Shown here piece by piece: positions 57,545 through 64,000 of a DNA stretch of 64,000 nt. The position numbers and the translations under genes are program-made. Below the pieces are notes generated by a model, which was not told the origin of the DNA, did not search any database, and worked only from the letters and a program-made list of their open reading frames with translations. The DNA is taken from the NCBI GenBank assembly GCA_043811535.1, contig JBDRNC010000018.1, forward strand, positions 64,001 through 128,000, in the 5' to 3' direction. Position 1 is the first letter of the stretch. Each line of letters opens with the position of its first letter. The DNA comes from Elusimicrobiota bacterium. GTDB lineage: Bacteria; Elusimicrobiota; Endomicrobiia; Endomicrobiales; JBDRNC01.

Positions 57545-59281
57545 CTACTTTGCTCTGTCCGGATAGGGCAGCGAAGCCTTTCCATGCATCAGTTCAGCCT
57601 GTGAATTTACCTCCGTCATGGCGGAAGCGAGCGCCTTATATATGTTGTCGTGTATGTCATATATACCGTAATTCGAGTTTTCCCCGTCGAACGACCTTCC
57701 CTGCGGCGATTCATCGGCGTACATAAACCAGTGATAGCCCACCGCGTAAGGGAAATCCATCAGCTGCGCGACGTATTTGCGAAAACCGTCCGCCCTGTCT
57801 TCCTGGCTCTGAACTGTCACATCGGCCCCGTGCGTGTTCCTGTCGCCGCTGGCGTTTTCCATCGCCCTGTACGAGAACTCGGTCACCATAACCGGCTTCT
57901 TTCCCAGAAAATACATGTTATCAAATACTTCTTTCCTGAGGATTTTGTCTTTCGCGTAATAGTTGAGCGATATTACGTCGCAGTATTTCCCGCAGGCCTC
58001 AATGACTCTTTTCGGAGCGTTGTTTGCGAAACGCGAACCGAGTATCAGGTGGTCCGTGTCATATTTGCGTATCGCTGAAGTCATCACGGCGAAATATCTT
58101 TCCGCCACCCTTCCCGCGAACTCTTCCCTGTCTTCGTCAGTACGCCCTCCGCGTTTCGTGAGCGGGCCGTACAGGCCGAACTCTTCAAAACTCTCAAAAT
58201 TTGTTCCCCAGACGCCGTTAAACTCGCCGATATCGCGGTATCTTTCCTTAAAGAAAGCGGCCAATACCTTGCTGCCTGGAGTGACGGAGGGCAGGTTTGA
58301 ATAAACGTCAAGCAGGGTTGTCACGTGGCCGGTGTACCAGCCGACATCGCCGTACCACGGCAGTTCGTTATCCAGAAAATATCCGATTAGGTATTTGGCT
58401 CCGCTCATGCGCCTGCAGTACTTTTTGATTACCTGTTCCGCGTTCAATTCAAAATCCGGCGCAAACACATCCGCGAGCCTGTGCGAACTGGAAACATTTA
58501 CGTAGATGAACAGGGTAAACGGAAGGTCGTACGCGAATGAATGGTCGTTTGACCAGCAGCCCAGGGTATTGAAGTTAAGCTTCTTGAGCCGTTTCACGGC
58601 CGAGGCGCCCCACTTCCTCAAATTCTTGAATTTTCCGGCAACGGAGTAGCGCTCGGATCCTTCTTTTGCGGTGCCGTCTTCCGGTACCACGGCGTCCACG
58701 CCTTTTGAAAGGAAAAGCCCTCCGTCCGGATGGACAAGCCAGTAAATGTCCCCCTCTTTTCTGATCTTGAAGAAGCTGTTGCCGGTCTTGTAGGTAGGCT
58801 GCACGCTGACATCCTTATACGGTTTGTCCATGAATTCCGTCTCCCAAATGGAGTTACCCCATTGCGTGGCCCTTTCAATGCAATTTATCATGACGTATTT
58901 GACCTTGTAGGCCTTTTTAAAATTTATTTTCCTGTAATTGCCTTCCAATTCCCCGGTGACCTCCGCGGCTGTCTGCCATTTCTCGTTATCCGTTGAAACC
59001 AGTATCTGATAGCTGTACGCGGCGGCGGTTTCCCAGTGAATGCCCACGGCCCTTATGCCGGTGATCCCGGCGAACTCATATTTTATCCATTGGTTGTCCG
59101 CGAAATCAGAACCCCACCTCGTTTTCATGTCGCCGTCGCAGGCCATCATGGGCTGGTAATCGCTCTCCCCGGAAGAAGCCGTGACTGACGATATTTTATT
59201 ATTGAGCTGGGCCGATACAGGAATATTTAACGCGGCAAGAAGGGACAATGCAGCCAGAATGGTATTTATGGATAATCTCAT
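57545..59281 (-). CDS. Secreted discoidin domain + GH50-like (beta-agarase-like) glycoside hydrolase
   Basis: DGDMKTRWGS discoidin; FNTLGCWS, IGYFLDNEL, DHLILGSRF, KPVMVTEF, VGYHWF, GR..DGENSNYG. Confidence 0.8.
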   Translation of the reverse strand: MRLSINTILAALSLLAALNIPVSAQLNNKISSVTASSGESDYQPMMACDGDMKTRWGSDFADNQWIKYEFAGITGIRAVGIHWETAAAYSYQILVSTDNEKWQTAAEVTGELEGNYRKINFKKAYKVKYVMINCIERATQWGNSIWETEFMDKPYKDVSVQPTYKTGNSFFKIRKEGDIYWLVHPDGGLFLSKGVDAVVPEDGTAKEGSERYSVAGKFKNLRKWGASAVKRLKKLNFNTLGCWSNDHSFAYDLPFTLFIYVNVSSSHRLADVFAPDFELNAEQVIKKYCRRMSGAKYLIGYFLDNELPWYGDVGWYTGHVTTLLDVYSNLPSVTPGSKVLAAFFKERYRDIGEFNGVWGTNFESFEEFGLYGPLTKRGGRTDEDREEFAGRVAERYFAVMTSAIRKYDTDHLILGSRFANNAPKRVIEACGKYCDVISLNYYAKDKILRKEVFDNMYFLGKKPVMVTEFSYRAMENASGDRNTHGADVTVQSQEDRADGFRKYVAQLMDFPYAVGYHWFMYADESPQGRSFDGENSNYGIYDIHDNIYKALASAMTEVNSQAELMHGKASLPYPDRAK

Positions 59282-59380
59282 ATGGTTATTATATCAAAAA
59301 AGAAATACCGCGGGCGCGTAGCCGCTTTACGGGGGTAGGTCGTTCTCCGTCTTCCAACTTCCATCTTCCGTCTGCTGTAA

Positions 59381-59542
59381 TTATTTGTACAGCAGTATAA
59401 GCGATTTATAGACTATCATCGCGGGCCAGAAAAGCGCCTTTATACAACCAAGCACGCCCATCCAGAAAGTGACGGCCCCTTTGATGTAAAACACCGCCGC
59501 TCCGATGACTCCCATGACGTAAATACTGGATCTGATAATCAT
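59381..59542 (-). CDS. 53-aa small membrane protein (not in the ORF track)
   Basis: MIIRSSIYVMGVIGAAVFYIKGAVTFWMGVLGCIKALFWPAMIVYKSLILLYK; strong AAGGAGG RBS; paralog at 55912-56072. Confidence 0.85.
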   Translation of the reverse strand: MIIRSSIYVMGVIGAAVFYIKGAVTFWMGVLGCIKALFWPAMIVYKSLILLYK

Positions 59543-59554
59543 ACCAACCTCCTT

Positions 59555-59608
59555 GAGCACAATAAGTGTTTCTACTAAATTGCCTTATGCGAAATCCCCG
59601 TCAGGGGA
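59555..59608. repeat. Dif-like/hairpin unit (GTTTCTACTAA-ATTGCC-TTATGCGAAAT + TCCCCGTCAGGGGA)
   Basis: Best-conserved copy; the minus-strand arm reads ATTTCGCATAA. Confidence 0.7.
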
Positions 59609-59744
59609 TAATTGTCCGCCGCGAACCCAAGAGGACACTTAATTAAACATCCAATTGCATGCCGATATTCTATCAAATAACACTTCGGAAGTGTTAGAGC
59701 GGTTATGGTGACCAATACAACTTCGTAGGTTGTATCGGTTTAAG

Positions 59745-59880
59745 CGCGAACAACTGCGGGATATATATCCCGCACCCCCGCGGATATGTCATATTTATAT
59801 TGAAAATACAATGCGAATATATCCCGCATTTTATCCCGCATTTATCCCGCACTTCAGGGCCGCGGATATCTGCGGGATAA
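59745..59880. repeat. Multi-box att-like element E3 (TATCCCGCA boxes)
   Basis: Three direct TATCCCGCA boxes at 59820, 59832 and 59843 plus inverted copies; geometry shared with E1 and E2. Confidence 0.7.
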
Positions 59881-59917
59881 ATCTATTCTGGTAAAGCCTG
59901 ACGCCGTTTCTCAATTT

Positions 59918-60433
59918 TTAGAACTTTTTTGAAAGAGTGAATCCTGCAGGACTGGTTTGCGCTCCAAGTGATAATTTTATTCTGCCTGTATCTCTGTTAT
60001 ATAACTCTATCGCTCTGTTCTGCGCATCCTGCGCTGCTATACCTGAGGTATGGCTGTTGATTGCATTTATTACACCAAGAACCATAAATCCTATACCTTC
60101 CGCCTGCCTTGTCGCAATACCATTACTATCAGTTATGTCCCTGCTGCTTAAATACCTGTTATATCCTGCAATCACAAACACACAACTGAAAATTCCATCA
60201 CTTATGGATGAAATTCTTCTTTCGCTGCACATCTTTAACTGCTCAACAGCCGCTGGAGACTTCTCTTTGCAGAGCTCATTAAAATTCTTTAGCGTAAGCA
60301 GCCTGCCGTCCACATTCACAAGATTTTTCCTGAATCCTTGCCTTAATACAAAATAGGCAGGATTCCCTTCCGCGAACGCGATACCCGCTAAACACGATGC
60401 GACTAAAAACAATACAACGGCTCTTTTCATCAT
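59918..60433 (-). CDS. Exported hypothetical protein, AT-rich
   Basis: Signal peptide, two hydrophobic segments, AGGAGG RBS. Confidence 0.7.
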   Translation of the reverse strand: MMKRAVVLFLVASCLAGIAFAEGNPAYFVLRQGFRKNLVNVDGRLLTLKNFNELCKEKSPAAVEQLKMCSERRISSISDGIFSCVFVIAGYNRYLSSRDITDSNGIATRQAEGIGFMVLGVINAINSHTSGIAAQDAQNRAIELYNRDTGRIKLSLGAQTSPAGFTLSKKF

Positions 60434-60590
60434 TGATGCCTCCTGGATTTCACTTCATTCCTACCTAAGGAACTACAGCCCTTTTTTGAAACGCGGGAAA
60501 CGGGGTCAACTTGACAACTTAAGCGACTTCTCCTTCCCTTTTACGACTAAATGTATCTTTTGTCGATTTATGCGCCATCACAACGATTTT

Positions 60591-60675
60591 ATTCTATAAT
60601 TTTGGGTTGTTTTTTGCAAGAATATAAAGGGGACGGTTCTATTTTTTCTGAAAGAAAAATAGAACCGTCCCCTTT
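60591..60675 (-). promoter_or_regulatory. REP-like hairpin (60626-60675) followed by promoter TTGCAA-17-TAGAAT
   Basis: 20-bp stem AAAGGGGACGGTTCTATTTT; similar unit at 61804-61895. Confidence 0.65.
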
Positions 60676-60676
60676 T

Positions 60677-61729
60677 TTATTGTTTGTTCAATGCGACGCG
60701 CTGCCTGGGCAAAGCGTCGGGATAATTATTTTGTATAAACCCGATAAGTTTTTCCCTGACCTCGCACCGCAGGTCCCACGCGGAAGAGGAATCATCCGCG
60801 CTCATCAAAGCCCTCAATTCAACGGAATGCGAGTCTGTGTTCGTCACCTGCAGCCCCCACGCCTTGCTGTTCCACAGTTTAGATCCTTTGAGTATCTTAT
60901 GCAGTTCTTCCCTGACAGCCGAAATGGGCACGGTATAGTCAAGATATATGAATACGGTGCCCAGTATCTCCGAGGTATCCCTGGTCCAGTTCTGGAAAGG
61001 TTTTTCGATAAAATAGGAGATGGGTAGGACCATGCGCCGCAAGTCCCAAATTTTGACCACTACATAGGTCAGTGTTATGTCTTCTATCTTTCCCCACTCG
61101 TTTTCTACGATAACCACATCATCGATTCGTATGGGCTGAGCGATTGCCAGCTGCACTCCGGCGAAAAGGTTTCCCAGTATCTTCTGGCCGGCAAAACCCA
61201 CCGCGATGCCTATGATGCCCGCGGAAGCGAGTATGCCCGCGCCCAGGCTGCGCACCTTGTCGAATGTCATGAGTATGATACCCAAAGACAGCACCGAAAC
61301 GACAAAGATGACTATTCTGTTAAAAACCTCGAACTGGGTGAATATCTTTCTCGCCTTCAAATTATCCTTATCATCCAATTTATATTTCCGGGTGATGAAA
61401 ACTTTCAGTACGTTAGGCGCCTGAATAACAAGCCAGGCAAAAGATACGATCCAGCAGATGCTGATAAAACGGCTGATGGCTCCGCTCAGGGAAGGCGCAA
61501 ACTCCAGGGCCGGCAGTACGAAATTCACCGCAAGAAGACACAGGATGAGCCGGGCCGGTTTCTTGGAATATTTTACCATTGCGTCGTCCAGGACGTTGTC
61601 GCTTTTTTTTGTGAGTTTTTTAAATACGGCATATAGGACGTAATGTAAAACCAGCCCCAGAACGACGGATCCGGCCAGGAAGGCCGCCGGCCGCCATAAC
61701 GCTTCCAGGCTTTTCAACAGATAATCCAT
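60677..61729 (-). CDS. Small-conductance mechanosensitive channel (MscS family)
   Basis: GILASAGIIGIAVGFA, QPIRIDDVVIVENEWGKIEDI, FQNWTR. Confidence 0.92.
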   Translation of the reverse strand: MDYLLKSLEALWRPAAFLAGSVVLGLVLHYVLYAVFKKLTKKSDNVLDDAMVKYSKKPARLILCLLAVNFVLPALEFAPSLSGAISRFISICWIVSFAWLVIQAPNVLKVFITRKYKLDDKDNLKARKIFTQFEVFNRIVIFVVSVLSLGIILMTFDKVRSLGAGILASAGIIGIAVGFAGQKILGNLFAGVQLAIAQPIRIDDVVIVENEWGKIEDITLTYVVVKIWDLRRMVLPISYFIEKPFQNWTRDTSEILGTVFIYLDYTVPISAVREELHKILKGSKLWNSKAWGLQVTNTDSHSVELRALMSADDSSSAWDLRCEVREKLIGFIQNNYPDALPRQRVALNKQ

Positions 61730-61803
61730 AATTAATCTCCGGTTAAAATAGTTTCCGAAATTCCTCTGAGTTCTCAGAGACATTGCCAAGTATTACAGGA
61801 GTA

Positions 61804-61895
61804 ATTCTATATCTTTGGGTTGGTATTTGCAAGGAAAATGAATGCGAAGGGGACGGCTCTGTTTTTCTTTTAGAAAAAAATAGAACCGTCCCCTT
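61804..61895 (-). promoter_or_regulatory. REP-like hairpin (61847-61895) followed by promoter TTGCAA-17-TAGAAT
   Basis: Paralogous to 60591-60675, including spacer TTTGGGTTG. Confidence 0.65.
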
Positions 61896-61907
61896 TTTCT
61901 CTTTTTT

Positions 61908-63275
61908 CTAGACACTGGCCACCGGTTTTTGCACAAGCACTTTATTCTTCCACTTGCCGCTGCGGTAATACCAGTAATTGAGCGCCAGGCTGATAATAGT
62001 GCTGAGCACTATCGCTATCCAGATGCCGTGCTCCCTCAAAGAAGTGTACTTGATAAGGAGTACCGCTATGGGATATCTTATTATTACCAGCCCCAGCAGC
62101 GTGAATAAGAACATGTAAAGCGTGTCGCCCGCGCCGCGCACAACGCCCTGCAGAGCGAACATGACGGCTATGAAAAAGTAGCTGATGCTGACTATGCGGA
62201 TGTAACCCACCGTTATCGCTATGACCTGCGGTTCATTGGTGAATATGGACGCGATCCTGGCCGGGAAGGAGTAAATCACTATGAAGAAACCCGTCGAAAG
62301 CGCGAGCGACATCAATATCGAGAGTTTGAGTATCTTTTTCACGCGGTCAAACTCCCTCGCGCCCAGGTTCTGCGCCGCCATTGAGGAAACGCTCATCCCT
62401 ATCGCCATGGCCGGCAGGAAAGACAACTGGTCCAACTGCATGCCTATCCCGTACGCTGCCGTTGTGCTTGAACCGAACGAGTTGACCAGCGAGACCACGA
62501 ATATCTCGCTCATGGCCACAAGAACCATCTGCAAGGACATGGGTATGCCGATGACAAAAATCTTTTTTATGATGTACCAATCAACCGCGTAGTCCCACGA
62601 GTGCACGTTGAGCAGAACGTGCGTCCTCAGCACGAAAAAATATGCCAGCACGACCATCACCGCGTTGGAAATAATCGGAGCGAGCGCCGCGCCCTCTATG
62701 CCGAAGCCCGGCATCGGGCCGTATCCTTTGATAAGCAAAGGCACCAGCACAATATTAAGGACGGTGGCGACTATCAGTAGATACAGGGGCGTCTTAGCGT
62801 CGCCTAGCCCGCGCAATATGCCGCTGAACCAGAAAAATATGAAAGTGAACGTTACGCCGATAAACATCGTCCTGAGGTATATGCGCGCGTCCGGGACTAT
62901 ATCGGCCGGAGTTTTCATTATATGAAGGAAGAGCGGCGTAAACATAAAACCGAGCGCCGAAATGAACACGCACATGACAACGCTGGACATGAAGGAGTTG
63001 CTCAGGACTTTCGCAAGGAAGGCCATGTTTTTGGAGCCGAATGCCTGCCCGACAAGGATGTTTGTGGCCATTGTAAGGCCTATAATGGCTGAAACGAAGA
63101 AAAAGATTATCGGCATTGTGGACGAGACGGCGGCAAACGCCTGGTGGCCCAGCAAACGCCCGACCCAGATGGCGTTGATGAGGCCCAAGGCCGCCTGCAG
63201 GAGGTTGGCGAGAAGCATCGGTATGGAAAAAGCGATAAGTTGTTCTAAAACGCTGCCTTTTGTAAAGTCTCTCAC
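61908..63275 (-). CDS. MATE family efflux transporter
   Basis: RGLGDAKTPL, GIEGAALA, QNLGA, RGAGDT; about 12 TM helices. Confidence 0.93.
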   Translation of the reverse strand: MRDFTKGSVLEQLIAFSIPMLLANLLQAALGLINAIWVGRLLGHQAFAAVSSTMPIIFFFVSAIIGLTMATNILVGQAFGSKNMAFLAKVLSNSFMSSVVMCVFISALGFMFTPLFLHIMKTPADIVPDARIYLRTMFIGVTFTFIFFWFSGILRGLGDAKTPLYLLIVATVLNIVLVPLLIKGYGPMPGFGIEGAALAPIISNAVMVVLAYFFVLRTHVLLNVHSWDYAVDWYIIKKIFVIGIPMSLQMVLVAMSEIFVVSLVNSFGSSTTAAYGIGMQLDQLSFLPAMAIGMSVSSMAAQNLGAREFDRVKKILKLSILMSLALSTGFFIVIYSFPARIASIFTNEPQVIAITVGYIRIVSISYFFIAVMFALQGVVRGAGDTLYMFLFTLLGLVIIRYPIAVLLIKYTSLREHGIWIAIVLSTIISLALNYWYYRSGKWKNKVLVQKPVASV

Positions 63276-63331
63276 GTTTATTCCTAATAAGCAAAAACGT
63301 TACAGCGTATTCGGCTGTAACGGATAATTAA

Positions 63332-63450
63332 ATTATATCTAATTAGACGCTATAAAGCAAAAAAGGGGACGGTTCTATTTATTCTGAAAGAAAAATAGAA
63401 CCGTCCCCTTTTCCTCACACCTTTACAAGGCGGTGAATTAACGCTATAAT
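63332..63450. promoter_or_regulatory. Divergent promoters (minus TTGCTT-17-TATAAT; plus TTTACA-17-TATAAT) separated by a REP-like hairpin at 63361-63412
   Basis: Hexamers at 63332-63360 (-) and 63422-63450 (+). Confidence 0.6.
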
Positions 63451-63494
63451 TCCTTTAAAGGCAGTGATTAGTGGTAAGTTATAAGGACTAAAAA

Positions 63495-64000
63495 ATGAAA
63501 ATAACCATGATTAGAAACATTCTGCTTGCCATTCTCTTTTCTCTCGTTCTCTGCTCTCCCGTTTCCGCGGCGCAGGACGCGAGGTACTGGGAGAAGCTTG
63601 ATTCGGGCGATATCCAGTGCCTCCTGTGCCCGCGCGAGTGCGTCATACCCGAAGGCGAGACCGGTTACTGCACGACGCGCAAGAATGAAGACGGCGTCCT
63701 GAAATCCCTTGTTTACGCTCAGTTGGTTTCAATGAACGTTGACCCCATAGAAAAGAAACCGCTTTTCCATTTCCTTCCCGGCACCGATATCCTGTCCGTA
63801 GCGACCGCGGGATGCAACCTCAGGTGCAGTTTCTGCCAGAACTGGAACATCTCACAGGTAAAACCGGATGAAGTTGAGTCAGTCAACGTTTCCCCCATGG
63901 AACTTGTAAAGATCGCGAAGAGGAGGAAATGCCCGTCCATCGCCTATACCTACAACGAACCCACGGTTTTCGCCGAATATGTCTTTGACTCAGCGGCGCT
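63495..64000 (+). CDS. amrS: AmmeMemoRadiSam system radical SAM enzyme (partial) with an N-terminal signal-peptide-like segment
   Basis: Manual translation: IQCLLCPREC...GYC, DPIEKKPLFHFLPG, AGCNLRCSFCQNWNISQ, IAYTYNEPT; AAGGA RBS. Confidence 0.92.
   Translation, partial: MKITMIRNILLAILFSLVLCSPVSAAQDARYWEKLDSGDIQCLLCPRECVIPEGETGYCTTRKNEDGVLKSLVYAQLVSMNVDPIEKKPLFHFLPGTDILSVATAGCNLRCSFCQNWNISQVKPDEVESVNVSPMELVKIAKRRKCPSIAYTYNEPTVFAEYVFDSAA

Overview
Chromosomal window from a probable anaerobic diderm bacterium. Elusimicrobiota is a tentative inference from the spoVG-tRNA-Gln-glmU-prs-rplY-pth block, metVF and the style of the giant fibre protein. All genes are on the minus strand except a final partial amrS. 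Core genes are fba, accA, dnaE, metF/metV, pth, rplY, prs, glmU, spoVG, ispE, rimI, pdxA, two PPIases, mfd, tRNA-Met and tRNA-Gln. Accessory content includes a LacI regulator with two perfect operators, two GT-C membrane glycosyltransferase-like genes, a 2636-aa secreted S74-chaperoned trimeric fibre, secreted GH26/GH9-like/GH5/GH50-like enzymes, MscS and MATE. No integrase, transposase, RT or Cas gene is present, yet the non-coding DNA holds several non-autonomous element families. (1) Three ~135-bp elements have near-identical box spacing but copy-specific box sequences, an att-site-like architecture. (2) About ten 11-6-11 dif-like sites are each coupled to a GC hairpin; they occur in tandem arrays, next to tRNA 3'-end duplications and flanking a gene module. 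(3) Inverted 7-8-nt tandem-repeat arrays fill most intergenic gaps, and one pair encloses a four-helix-bundle gene. (4) A CCCCGTTAGA...TCTAACGGGG MITE supplies gene ends and an in-frame insert in mfd. (5) Hairpin-plus-promoter cassettes separate single genes at the right end. Several repeats are translated in frame inside proteins.
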